Origin: a bacterium
Lineage (GTDB): Bacteria > Eisenbacteria > RBG-16-71-46
Direction: 5' to 3'
DNA length: 52,671 nt
Assembly (NCBI GenBank): GCA_043779265.1
Contig: JAYWEM010000179.1
Location: 1-52,671, forward strand
The position numbers and the translations under genes were made by a program. Below the pieces are notes generated by a model. The model ran no database searches. It saw only the letters and a list, made by a program, of their open reading frames with translations, and was not told the DNA's origin. Position 1 is the first letter of the stretch. Each line of letters begins with the position of its first letter. Below are positions 35,932-45,824 of the stretch, in pieces.

Positions 35932-37202
35932 GACTTCTCCTTGGGAGTCCTCGTCGACAGCGTGGAGTCGAGCACCTCGGCGAAACGCTCGGCGAGTCGT
36001 GGACGCCCGTACTCCTCCAACCAATCCGGACGGCGGTCCGCGACCCGGCCGTGCCCGCGCCACTCCGTGTACCGTCTTTCGAGTGCGCGCGCCAGTGCAG
36101 CGGTATCCCCGGGGGCCAGCACCTCCCCCTCCGCACGGCGCACGAGTCCGGCGGCCTCATCGCCATCGGGGAGCAGAGCCAGCACCGGTCGGCCCGAGTC
36201 CAGATACTCGTAGAGCTTCCCCGGGACCATCGTGCGATAGCCCGGCCCCCGCGGCTTCCACAGCAGGAGCGCATCGGCGGACTGCTGGAGTCGCCGGGAT
36301 TCGGCGTGCGAGACACTGCCGTGGAATCGCACGACACCCGCGAGGCCGAGCGAGAGCGCGCGATCCTCGTGGTCGGCGTCATAGGGACCGACCAGATCGA
36401 CTCGCATCCTCCGCCTCGCCTCGGGCTTCGCGATACCCAACTCGTGCAGCGCATCGAGCAGGGTCGAGGCGTCCTCCATCATCGACAGAGTTCCGGTGAA
36501 GACCAGGTGCATGTGGTCCGGATCGAGCACGGGCTCACTCGCTCCACGCGGTTCGAATCCGTTCGGGACGTGCACGATGCGACGAGGCGGGCAAGCGCCG
36601 GACCGAATCTGCTCGACATGCGTCATCGATGCGCACACCACGGTGTCCGCGCCCGCGATCACGCGGCGCTCCATCGCCTCGTGCCTCGCACGGTGCCAGG
36701 GTGTCGGTGGTGACTTGAAGTGGAGTCCCACCCAGGGATCGCGGAAGTCCGCGATCCAAGGCACGTCGCGCACGGAGAGCGCAGCAAGGTGGGCGCTGTC
36801 GGGCGGTGAGGTGGTGACCACAGCGTCCACGTCGCCGCGAGCGAGGCGGGCCTCGACCGCGAGGCGCGCACGTCCCGCCCAACCCGAGTAGGCGTCGGGG
36901 AACAACCACCAGTCCGCGAGGCGACGCAGCGGAGCGAACCGACCACCGGCGCGCGCACTGCCTGCTCCTCGGGCGCGTGACCACCATGCGGCAGCGCTGC
37001 CGCCCTCGACTCGGATCACCTCGGTCTCCGTGGGGATCTCGAGCGAGGCATCCCGCACCCAGTAGTCCGACTCACCGGCCGCGATGACGCTCACCTCCCA
37101 GCCCAGCGCCGGGAGGTGGCGCGCCCACGACAGCGCCCGGTGCACGCCGCCTCCGGCGAGTGGCGGGAAGAAGTGCGACACGACGAGGACGCGACGGCTC
37201 AT
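35928..37202 (-). CDS. GT4-family glycosyltransferase
   Basis: FFPPLAGGGVHR, TTSPP, DFRDPW, PNGF, PGKLYEYL. Confidence 0.85.
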   Translation of the reverse strand: MSRRVLVVSHFFPPLAGGGVHRALSWARHLPALGWEVSVIAAGESDYWVRDASLEIPTETEVIRVEGGSAAAWWSRARGAGSARAGGRFAPLRRLADWWLFPDAYSGWAGRARLAVEARLARGDVDAVVTTSPPDSAHLAALSVRDVPWIADFRDPWVGLHFKSPPTPWHRARHEAMERRVIAGADTVVCASMTHVEQIRSGACPPRRIVHVPNGFEPRGASEPVLDPDHMHLVFTGTLSMMEDASTLLDALHELGIAKPEARRRMRVDLVGPYDADHEDRALSLGLAGVVRFHGSVSHAESRRLQQSADALLLWKPRGPGYRTMVPGKLYEYLDSGRPVLALLPDGDEAAGLVRRAEGEVLAPGDTAALARALERRYTEWRGHGRVADRRPDWLEEYGRPRLAERFAEVLDSTLSTRTPKEKS

Positions 37203-38269
37203 GCGGAGTCCCCGGGAAGTGGGCTGCCGGAAACGAGCGCCTCGAACATCGACTCGATGCGCGCCAGGTTCACCTGCCAATCCCCACGGCGGGCGATCTC
37301 CTCCTCACCCGACTTCCGTGCGTTGTCGCGCCAGCCATCATCCGAGAGCGACTCGTGCATCGCAGCGGCCAGTGCGCTCGGATCGCCGGGTCGGAACAAG
37401 CGCCCGTTCCGTCGATCGGTGACCCACGGGCGGTTGCCCTCGATGTCGCTCACGACCGGCACGGCGCCGGCCGCCATCGCCTCGAGGAGCGAGACGGACG
37501 TGGAGTCGCTCAGCGACGCGGAGACGTAGAGCTCCGACCTGCCCAGCCAATCGGCGAGCGACTCGGCCGTGAGTCGGCCGAGGAACTGGTAGCGACCTGC
37601 CGGCAGCGTCTGCGACGCGAGCCGCTCGAGCGAAGGGCGCAGCGAACCCTCCCCCGCGATCGCGAGCGTGGCCTCGGGGTGCGCGCACAGCACGTCGGCA
37701 GCCGCGCGCAGCACGGTCGGCATGTCGTAGACCGGCTCGTGCATGCGCGTGCTGAGGATCAGCCCGCGCTGACGCACTCCCGGACGGAAGCGCTGGCGAT
37801 CGACGCCCCACGGCACCATGCGCAGCGTCTCGCGCGCGGCGCCCAGCCGTGCGGCGGCGAGCGCGAGGTTGGCACCGTCGGTCAGTACCAGTTGGGCTCG
37901 AGTGAGCACGAAGCGCGCGCGGGCCCGCTGGAACGCGTCACGCCCTCCAGCCAGAAGCAGATCGCTCCCCCACGCCGAGACGGCGAGCGGTCGAATGCCC
38001 GCGAGCACGCCGAGCAATCCGTAGTTGGGGACATAGTGCGCATCCACGAGATCCGGTGCGAACGCGCGCAGGCTCCTCGCGAGGGCCGGTGCGGCAAGCG
38101 GGTAGCGAAGCGCTCCGGGCAGCGGAGGCGCGGGCAATCGTTCGCACTCGAATCCCTCCATCGCCGGCTCGAGCGACCACACGCGGACCTCGTGGCCGCG
38201 CGACCTCAGATGTCGCACCCATCTCACCGTGTGGAGGACGGAGGCGTTCGAGAGCGTCGCGATCCTCAT
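37199..38269 (-). CDS. GT4-family glycosyltransferase
   Basis: H..RW, AWGSD, PWGVD, SDSTSVSLLEAMAAG. Confidence 0.88.
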   Translation of the reverse strand: MRIATLSNASVLHTVRWVRHLRSRGHEVRVWSLEPAMEGFECERLPAPPLPGALRYPLAAPALARSLRAFAPDLVDAHYVPNYGLLGVLAGIRPLAVSAWGSDLLLAGGRDAFQRARARFVLTRAQLVLTDGANLALAAARLGAARETLRMVPWGVDRQRFRPGVRQRGLILSTRMHEPVYDMPTVLRAAADVLCAHPEATLAIAGEGSLRPSLERLASQTLPAGRYQFLGRLTAESLADWLGRSELYVSASLSDSTSVSLLEAMAAGAVPVVSDIEGNRPWVTDRRNGRLFRPGDPSALAAAMHESLSDDGWRDNARKSGEEEIARRGDWQVNLARIESMFEALVSGSPLPGDSA

Positions 38270-39282
38270 GCGCGCTCCCCGCGGGGCCGCGACCGGCGCA
38301 CCCAACCCTGGAGCGATGCGATCACCGCGGTGAGTCCCGTGGTGCGTCCCGCAGCGAACCATCGCACCGGGTACCGCACCGACTCGGCGCCGAGCGAGCG
38401 CTTGAAGTCGGCGACCAGTGACAACCCCGTGCTCGCGCCGAGATCGACGCGCGAGCGATTCCGCTCAGCGGCCCACTCGACGACACCCCATACCAGGCGC
38501 GAGAAGGCATGCGAGCGCCTGCCGTCGCGATGAGTCCCGCTCCACCACAGGAACGTCTCGCGATCGCTGTCGAGTGCGAGCGAAGCCGATAGCAGGCCCC
38601 GTCCATCGCGCACCGTGAACAGTCGTGCCGCCGGTGCGTCTCCTCCAAGGAGTCGTCTTGCCAGTTCGAGCGGTAGCGCTCGCGCCGCTCCCCACTGGGT
38701 CCGCTGCGCGAGGTGCAGCGCGTAGGCCTCCTCGAGCGCATCCGGCTCTTCGCCGAAGTGCAGTCCGCGCGCCAGCGTGTGCTGCAACGCCTGACGCGAT
38801 TTGCGATCGATCCGGCGCAGCACGGCATCCACTCCGCCCTCGAGCGGGAGCACCGCGGCCTCGACCCACCGAGTCTCCCCCGCGATGCGCTCGAGCGCCC
38901 GATCCGTGACTCGTTCACCCGATGGACGGAAGCAGGACCAACTCCCGCCGACGTATCCGCCCTGTCGCACGCGCTCGGAGAACGCGGTCGCGATCGCCGC
39001 ATCCACGTTCGCGTGCTCGCCTGCGCTCGCGAGCGGCGCGCCCGAGAGCATCATGGGCATGGCGTGCAGCCACTCGGCGCCGGCTCGCCTCTCGATGAGC
39101 ACGGGCGCCCCGCCGATGAGCGTCCCCTCGCGCTCGACACACACCCACTGCGCGGACATCCCCGGCACGACTTGGGCCAGAGCGAGCGCGATGGTCGGCT
39201 GGTGCGAGGGGACTGCGCCCTCATCCGCGCGCAACAGCGCCTGCCACTCCTTCGGCGCCTCCGCACGCCAGTTCGTCTCCAC
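38266..39282 (-). CDS. GNAT/FemAB-like acyl- or aminoacyltransferase (polysaccharide-associated)
   Basis: Double-GNAT pattern W..LL...HQP, RKSRQ.L, W...EWA......VDLG......FKRSLGA. The start is approximate. Confidence 0.75.
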   Translation of the reverse strand: METNWRAEAPKEWQALLRADEGAVPSHQPTIALALAQVVPGMSAQWVCVEREGTLIGGAPVLIERRAGAEWLHAMPMMLSGAPLASAGEHANVDAAIATAFSERVRQGGYVGGSWSCFRPSGERVTDRALERIAGETRWVEAAVLPLEGGVDAVLRRIDRKSRQALQHTLARGLHFGEEPDALEEAYALHLAQRTQWGAARALPLELARRLLGGDAPAARLFTVRDGRGLLSASLALDSDRETFLWWSGTHRDGRRSHAFSRLVWGVVEWAAERNRSRVDLGASTGLSLVADFKRSLGAESVRYPVRWFAAGRTTGLTAVIASLQGWVRRSRPRGERA

Positions 39283-39302
39283 GTGGCGCCCGGACTCGGC
39301 CG

Positions 39303-41537
39303 TCAGCGCAGAACCACGACACGCCGCGTGACCTGGGCTCCATCCCCTCGTGCGCGGATGAAGTAGACGCCCGCGGGAACGAGTCGGCCATCGTCGTCGC
39401 GGCCATTCCACACGAGGCGGTCATTGCCGTCGGCCTTGAAGCGGCGGATCCGCGTGCCGCGCAGATCGATCACCTCGCCCTCGTAGGCGGTGGCATCGCC
39501 ACGCAGTCTCAACTCGAAACCCGCGGCGGTGAGCGCGATGGGATTGGGATAGACCGAGACATTCAGTCGAGGCAACACGGGTGCGGGCGGCGGTGTGTAG
39601 CCCGGATCATAGCGATGCAATCCGGCCGCGGTCCCGATCCACACGGCGCCGGTCGCGCGATCGACACGAACCACCCGAACCTCGTTGTCGGCGAGCGGCG
39701 AGTTGCCGACCTTGAAATCCTGGATCCCGCCGCCGGGTGTGTAGGCGCGGACGCCATCGACCGATCCCACCCACACCGTGCCATCGCGTGCGATGTCGAG
39801 CGGGTGAACCGCGCCCGATGGGGCCGGGCCGGCCGGGATATCGAGGATCGAACGGGACAGCTTGCTGCGGGCATCGATCCGCCGCAACGAACTCGTGGTG
39901 AGCACCCAGACCGAATCCCCATACGTCTCGACGCCGAAGATGTCGAGCGCCTCGAATCCGGCGATCGGCAGCGAGAACCGAGGCAGCTTGCGGCGATCGA
40001 CCCCCATCGAGTCGATCGACGTCCACGCGACACCCTTCGAAGGGAACCCCGCCCACAGCACATCGTACTTGTCGATCGCGAGTGCGCGGACCTGGTTGTC
40101 GAGGATCCCGGTGCTCGCACTGCGATAGTTGATCAGCCAATCGCCATCGGGCGTGTAGACATCGATGCCCGCCGGCTCGACGTTGCCTCGATCCGGTGTG
40201 TCGAAGCCGAAGTAGAGGTAGCCGTCGCGGTCCATCGTCGACGCCCAGCCGTACGTGTGCTTCGCGAGTGTGTCGCGCGCGGCCAACGGGATGAAGTGAT
40301 GCGTCACGCTCGGCACCGGGCCCGAGTCATCGAGCCTCGCCATCGACGCATCCCACGAGCCCACCCACTTGCGGCCGAAGCGGTCGCGCTGAAGCGAGAA
40401 CGGGTAACCGACGAAGCGGAACGTGGTGTCCACGCCGAACCACGGCGTCGTGATCTCCCAGTTGCGCCACACGCCATCGCGCAGGCGGCTGAAACCGAAG
40501 TTGGGCATGTTGACGTAGACACTCAGGCTGTCCACGACGATGTTCGTGATGCTGTTCCCCGAGGGAGCGGGCGGGCGCCTCGCGATCCACGAGGGTGTCG
40601 CCTGCTGGAGCAATTGGCCGCTCTGGGTCACGAACGCGACGCCATCGGGATCGAGCGTGATCTCGACGCCACCGTCGCCGGACGGGGCGGATCCCGGAGA
40701 GCCGGTGACCGCCTGCCAGAACGACCCGGCCCAGCGGAACATGCCGAGCGAGGACACCGTCATGATGCGACCGCCATCCTCGCGCATGCGTCGCGATGAG
40801 CCGTTGCCACCGGCGACACCCCAGGTCCCGGTGGAGCGATTCCAGCGATGGCTCGCCCCGTTCGCGAGCGCGAACACCTCGGTGCCGTCCGTCGCCATCG
40901 CGACGATGTCGGTGGAGATGAGCCCCGTGACGACCGTGCTCCACGTGGAAAGCTGTTGCGACAGGCGCGCGAGATAGACGCCCGAGGACGTGCCGACGAA
41001 CAGCGTGTCGCCCAGCAACACGATGCCCTTCACATGATTGTTGGCGAATGGCGAGGGCGTGCCGAGGTCAGGGACCGAGCCGGCGATCTGCCGGCCGTCC
41101 CACAGGGCGATGCCGCGTGAGGTGCCGATCCAGATCGTGTCGCCGTCCGCGAACAGCGCCGTGACGCTGTCCGAGGGGAGTCCGTCGAATGCGTTGACGA
41201 GTGCCCAATCGCGTCCGTTCGCCGCCAGGCGACTGACGCCCTTACCGGGGGTGCCAGCCCACAGACGACCGGAGCGATCGAAAGTGAGCGCGGTGACGTG
41301 ATTGCTCGCCAGCGCACCGGGCTCGCGGACGATCGAATCGAATCGATCCTCGTTCCGAAGGTAGCGGACGAGGCCCGCCTCTCCCGTCGCCATCCAGACC
41401 ACGTCACGCGTGGCGATGAGATCGTTGCACGTGTAGACGCGCAAGTACGTGGTCCACGCGCCAGAGGCCATAGCGCTCGAGACTCCGAGCGACAGGGCGC
41501 AGCAGGCGAGGAGGACACTGCGAAGGATCGTCACCAT
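39303..41537 (-). CDS. Secreted double beta-propeller protein with FlgD/T9SS-like CTD (PorZ-like architecture)
   Basis: Signal peptide (SSAMA), WTTY, repeated L.(S/D)N.V..L..D..G.(L/V)W.GT..G blades, CTD VYPNP...DLRG...WNGRDDDG..VPAGVYF...RRVVVLR. Confidence 0.75.
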   Translation of the reverse strand: MVTILRSVLLACCALSLGVSSAMASGAWTTYLRVYTCNDLIATRDVVWMATGEAGLVRYLRNEDRFDSIVREPGALASNHVTALTFDRSGRLWAGTPGKGVSRLAANGRDWALVNAFDGLPSDSVTALFADGDTIWIGTSRGIALWDGRQIAGSVPDLGTPSPFANNHVKGIVLLGDTLFVGTSSGVYLARLSQQLSTWSTVVTGLISTDIVAMATDGTEVFALANGASHRWNRSTGTWGVAGGNGSSRRMREDGGRIMTVSSLGMFRWAGSFWQAVTGSPGSAPSGDGGVEITLDPDGVAFVTQSGQLLQQATPSWIARRPPAPSGNSITNIVVDSLSVYVNMPNFGFSRLRDGVWRNWEITTPWFGVDTTFRFVGYPFSLQRDRFGRKWVGSWDASMARLDDSGPVPSVTHHFIPLAARDTLAKHTYGWASTMDRDGYLYFGFDTPDRGNVEPAGIDVYTPDGDWLINYRSASTGILDNQVRALAIDKYDVLWAGFPSKGVAWTSIDSMGVDRRKLPRFSLPIAGFEALDIFGVETYGDSVWVLTTSSLRRIDARSKLSRSILDIPAGPAPSGAVHPLDIARDGTVWVGSVDGVRAYTPGGGIQDFKVGNSPLADNEVRVVRVDRATGAVWIGTAAGLHRYDPGYTPPPAPVLPRLNVSVYPNPIALTAAGFELRLRGDATAYEGEVIDLRGTRIRRFKADGNDRLVWNGRDDDGRLVPAGVYFIRARGDGAQVTRRVVVLR

Positions 41538-41542
41538 GGCAT

Positions 41543-42259
41543 TCACTCCAGTCGGCCAGTCAGGTCGAGCCAGCGGAGCCACCACACCAACCCGGCGGCT
41601 TCCCAGATGATACGGCGGCTCATCTTCGAGACCCCCGCACGACGGTCGACGAACAGGATGGGGATCTCCTTGATCCGGAATCCGCGCCTCCAGCAGCGGA
41701 ACGACATCTCGATCTGGAAGCTGTAGCCCTCGGACTTCACGCGGTCGAGTCGGATGCCCTCGAGTGCGCGGCGGCGGAAGCACTTGAAGCCGCCCGTCGA
41801 GTCGGCCAGCGGCAGCCCCGTGATCAGCCGCGTGTACACGTTGGCCGAGTACGACAGGATGAGGCGGCTGAGCGGCCAGTTCACGACGGTGACGCCGCTG
41901 ATGTAACGCGACCCGAGCACGATGTCGGCATCCTGGATCGCGTCGAGGAACGATCCGATCGCGTCGGGATCGTGCGAGAAGTCGGCGTCCATCTCGAAGA
42001 TGTACTCCGCGCCATGTTCGAGCGCGTAGCGGAACCCGTCGCGATAGGCCGAGCCCAGACCCATCTTGCCGGGACGCTGGATCAGATGGAGCCGCGGCTC
42101 ATGCTCCTGACGCTCGAGGACGATGGCCGCGGTCCCGTCCGGCGAGTTGTCGTCCACGATGAGCACGTGCAGGTCGAAGGGCAATCCGAACAGTCGGTCG
42201 AGCAGCGGAGTGATGTTCTCCAGCTCGTTGTAGGTCGGGACGATGACGAGCTTCTCCAT
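41543..42259 (-). CDS. Polyprenol-phosphate sugar synthase (Dpm1/Ppm1-like GT2)
   Basis: VPTYNE, VDDNSPDGT, GLGSAY, EMDADFSHDP, GYSFQIEM, F.DR..G.SKMS. Confidence 0.92.
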   Translation of the reverse strand: MEKLVIVPTYNELENITPLLDRLFGLPFDLHVLIVDDNSPDGTAAIVLERQEHEPRLHLIQRPGKMGLGSAYRDGFRYALEHGAEYIFEMDADFSHDPDAIGSFLDAIQDADIVLGSRYISGVTVVNWPLSRLILSYSANVYTRLITGLPLADSTGGFKCFRRRALEGIRLDRVKSEGYSFQIEMSFRCWRRGFRIKEIPILFVDRRAGVSKMSRRIIWEAAGLVWWLRWLDLTGRLE

Positions 42260-44676
42260 CAGGCCTCCACCGTCGGCGGGATCGGCTTCCGACGTGATTG
42301 CCACCAACCCGCGAACAGCAACAGGACGACGACCAACGTGCTCACGATCGTGAGCTGGAGCCCCTGTCGGATCGAGGGTGAATCGAATCGGAACACGATC
42401 TCATGCGCGCCCGCGGGGACCGCGACCGCGCGCAGCGCGTGATCGGCACGCAACATCGAGGCAGGTTGCCCGTCGATCGTGACCTTCCAGTCCGGGTACC
42501 AGAGGTCCGCGAGCCGGACGATCGCCGCCTGCGGCACGTCGACCCGGATGGCCACCTCGTGCAACGAGTAGCGCGTCACTTCGAGCCGCCCGCTGGTGAG
42601 GACGGCGCTCGGAATGCCCGGGTCCGAGGCCAGCCAGGTGAATCGCGAGGGATCGCGACCCGACGCCATGAGCGAGTCGATGGCGACTCGTCCCGTGTCG
42701 GGAACGACCCCGTACTCGCCGACGAGCGTGGCTCGCGGCATGGCCATGAGGTTCTCGTAGACGACCGCCGTGCTCCGATGCACTTCGCGCAGATAGGGCG
42801 GCGCGGACTCGAACGGCTGACTCAGCACGATGAAGCGCACGTTGAGGAGCGCGAGCCAGCGCGTGTCGAAGAGCACCTGTGCATCGACGAGGTCCTGGAA
42901 CAGTCGCGGCTTGGCGGGATGGTAGCCGTTCAATTGCGAGAGCTTGAACGTGGCGAGACGATTGCTCGTGAAGCGCTCCGGCTCGAGCGTCCGGAACTCG
43001 CCCATCGAGCCCTGGGATTCGAGGAAGCGCACGACGTCATCGCGACCGTGATCCACCGATCTCACGATGGGATCGCCGATCACCGGCCGCATGATCTGGG
43101 CGCTGATCGGCCACAGCTCGAACAACAGCAGAACGAGCACGCCGCCCGACGCGAGGCGGGCGTTGAGCTTGCCGGTCGAGGCCGCCCAACCGAGCAGTGA
43201 CGTCGCGAGCGCGAGCAGCGCCACCTTGGGCAGATCGCCCGCGAAGCCGGCGAACGCCGCAGCGGCGGCATCCGGATTGAATCCGGGCTTGGCCGTGACC
43301 GCCATCTCGACGTACCAACCGCGCAGACTCTCGGCGCCGCCCAGACCGAGCAACAGCAGCACGCCTGCGGCTGCAGCGAGCCCGAGCCACAGACGGGACA
43401 GCACGCCATCGCCTTTGGCTCTCGCGGCGCCTCGGTCCAGCACGGCGCTCCATCCCCATGCGGCGCCGAGCGCAGCGGCCAGTTGGAGCAGGATGACGAT
43501 CATCACCGGGATGCGGAATCGATTGAACAGCGGGACGTGGTCGTACATGAGGCGGTAGACCGGCCCGTACTCACCGAATGAGACGAGCAAAGCGAAGACC
43601 CCGAGCGTCACCGCGAAGACCCGGCCGAGCAGCGGGACCGCGCCGCCTGCGACGAGCATCGGCACGATGAGCAGAACCGCCACGATCCCGAGGAAGGCGT
43701 TCGGATAGTCGGTGAACGGCATGCCACCCCAATAGGTCGCATTGCCGAATCCGACCCAGTTCGGGATGATCGAGGCCAACAACTCGTAGGGCGCCATCGA
43801 CCACTGCGTCGCGTAGGCCATCCCTGCCCCACCGCCCTCGCCGCCACCCCGGATGCTGTATTGGGCGTAGTCCTTGAGCGGCAGATTGAAGAACCCGGCG
43901 ATCCCGAACGCGATCGCCACCGCGCCGGCGATGCCGAGCGCGCGGACGAAGCGAGTCGGCAGCTGCGCTGGCTGCCTCAGCCCGGCTGCGAACCACAACA
44001 GGGTGAGGATGGCGACGGCAAGCCAGGAGTAGAAGCAGATCTGGACATGGCCCCGCAGCAACTGGAAACCGCCGGCGAGCGCCAGCCATCCGAGCGACGT
44101 GAGCTGCCCCGAGCGCAACCACCTCGAGGCGAGCCACACGAGCAGTGGCAAGTAGGCGGAGTTCACGAGCTGACTTCCATGCCCGTGCGAGCCGACGGCG
44201 ACGAGGTTCGGTTGGAACACGAACGCCACCGCGCCGAGCAGCGCGGCCTCGGGTCGCGCACCCCACTCGCGAGCAAGGAGGAAGAGGAACAGTCCGCCGA
44301 GGAAGTAGTAGAGGATCATCCAGATCATGTCGGGCAGCGGCACGATGCGCCCGAGAAGCGCCAGCGGCCAATCCGGCGGATAGATGAGCGGGTTGTACGC
44401 GCCGCTGCCGAAGCTCGGCACACCGAGGAACACGACGGGATTCCAGAGCGGGTACACCTTGTCCTGCCACAGCGACTGCTCGCCGACGCGCACGAACCCG
44501 AGCGGCTCGTTGGCATCGGGCCCGACGAAGCTCCGCCCGCCCAGCAGCAGCTCATGGAAGAACAACACGGTGAGCACGCCGAGGATCACCGCCGCCCAAC
44601 GCGTCGTGATCTTGAAGGGTTCAGGTGGCCGCTTCATGGCGGGTGCGGGTGTGGGCGCGGGCTGCTTCTGGGACAT
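42259..44676 (-). CDS. YfhO-family membrane glycosyltransferase (GT-C)
   Basis: PLWNP...G.P......YP, GH.Q, FR.P, many TMs and C-terminal YPDW...IDG......A...LRAV.VPAG.H.I.F.F. Confidence 0.85.
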   Translation of the reverse strand: MSQKQPAPTPAPAMKRPPEPFKITTRWAAVILGVLTVLFFHELLLGGRSFVGPDANEPLGFVRVGEQSLWQDKVYPLWNPVVFLGVPSFGSGAYNPLIYPPDWPLALLGRIVPLPDMIWMILYYFLGGLFLFLLAREWGARPEAALLGAVAFVFQPNLVAVGSHGHGSQLVNSAYLPLLVWLASRWLRSGQLTSLGWLALAGGFQLLRGHVQICFYSWLAVAILTLLWFAAGLRQPAQLPTRFVRALGIAGAVAIAFGIAGFFNLPLKDYAQYSIRGGGEGGGAGMAYATQWSMAPYELLASIIPNWVGFGNATYWGGMPFTDYPNAFLGIVAVLLIVPMLVAGGAVPLLGRVFAVTLGVFALLVSFGEYGPVYRLMYDHVPLFNRFRIPVMIVILLQLAAALGAAWGWSAVLDRGAARAKGDGVLSRLWLGLAAAAGVLLLLGLGGAESLRGWYVEMAVTAKPGFNPDAAAAAFAGFAGDLPKVALLALATSLLGWAASTGKLNARLASGGVLVLLLFELWPISAQIMRPVIGDPIVRSVDHGRDDVVRFLESQGSMGEFRTLEPERFTSNRLATFKLSQLNGYHPAKPRLFQDLVDAQVLFDTRWLALLNVRFIVLSQPFESAPPYLREVHRSTAVVYENLMAMPRATLVGEYGVVPDTGRVAIDSLMASGRDPSRFTWLASDPGIPSAVLTSGRLEVTRYSLHEVAIRVDVPQAAIVRLADLWYPDWKVTIDGQPASMLRADHALRAVAVPAGAHEIVFRFDSPSIRQGLQLTIVSTLVVVLLLFAGWWQSRRKPIPPTVEA

Positions 44677-44693
44677 GGTCGTGGGGCTCCGGT

Positions 44694-45818
44694 TCAGGCG
44701 GCGGGCAGCCGCGCCTCGATCTCGGCGACAAGGCGCGCAGCGAGCGCATCCCAATCGTGAGCGGCAGCGAGAGCCCGGCGCTTCGCGGGCTCGTCATCGG
44801 ACGAGAGGGCGAAGTGCACCGCAGCCACCATCTGCTCGGGGGTCGATGCGAACGCGAGATGCGGCGGCGACGGCACGAGGTCGAGGACCGGAGTCGTCAC
44901 GACGGGCAGGCCAGCCGCCAGGTACTGGTACACCTTGTTGGGATTGATGCCCTGCACGAACGGGTCTCCTGCCCGGAACGGGATCACCCCGACATCGAGG
45001 GGCTGAAGGTAGCCCGGCAGGTCGGCGTAGGGTCTTGGACCCAGCACGGCGACTCCCTCCCGACTCGCCAACTCGCGCATCGGGCCGTCCGTGGCCGGGG
45101 TACCCGGTCCGATGAATACCAGCGTGCCACCCTGCCGGTTCCTTCGTAGGGCCTCGAGCACCTCGAAGTCGAGGAAGTGCGAGAGCAGCCCGACATAGCC
45201 GATCAAGGGCCGCGGCAGCGCGGCGAGTTCGGGCGGTTCGGGAGCGGACGTCCCGAAGTGCTTGGCCTCCACACCGTTACCGAGGAGGATCAAGGGGCTC
45301 CGAACCTCTGCAGCCAGCCGTCGACGGTAGTATTCCGAGACCACGGTCACGACCTCCGCCTGCGATACGGTGCGTGGCCAGTAGCTCCGGGCCCAAGCCG
45401 GTGTGCCGGAGAACTGAAAGGGATCGTCGTTGAAATCGTAGAGTAGCAGCTTCGGTCGGAGCCGAGAAAGCAGGCCGGGCGCATAGATGTTCGAAACGAG
45501 CACCGCATCCGGCCGTTCGACGCCGAGCCGCCGCAACTGGCGGTGCAGGTGCCATTCCGCGGCCAATTCGATGGCCCCTCGGCCCCAGGGGGTGGCGGCG
45601 ACCAGATTGTAAGGAGCGCTCTTCGTGGCGGGCTTGAGGAACGGCACCGTGAAGTAGGTGACGTTCCCCTCCTGCCGCGGCTCCCAAGGGTCATCCCCCC
45701 CGGCCGCCGGCGGCTGCGCGAAGAACACCCGCCACCTCGCGGGGAATCGCGACAACAGGAACTGCTTCCGCGTGCGGAAGTAGCCCCAACGGACCTCGGA
45801 GAGGACGAGAAGGTCCAC
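44694..45818 (-). CDS. GT-B glycosyltransferase (TuaH-like)
   Basis: W.....RKQ.L, YDFNDD, NGV...HF, IGYVG, NPNKVYQYLAAGLPVV. Confidence 0.85.
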   Translation of the reverse strand: MDLLVLSEVRWGYFRTRKQFLLSRFPARWRVFFAQPPAAGGDDPWEPRQEGNVTYFTVPFLKPATKSAPYNLVAATPWGRGAIELAAEWHLHRQLRRLGVERPDAVLVSNIYAPGLLSRLRPKLLLYDFNDDPFQFSGTPAWARSYWPRTVSQAEVVTVVSEYYRRRLAAEVRSPLILLGNGVEAKHFGTSAPEPPELAALPRPLIGYVGLLSHFLDFEVLEALRRNRQGGTLVFIGPGTPATDGPMRELASREGVAVLGPRPYADLPGYLQPLDVGVIPFRAGDPFVQGINPNKVYQYLAAGLPVVTTPVLDLVPSPPHLAFASTPEQMVAAVHFALSSDDEPAKRRALAAAHDWDALAARLVAEIEARLPAA

Positions 45819-45824
45819 GATTGC

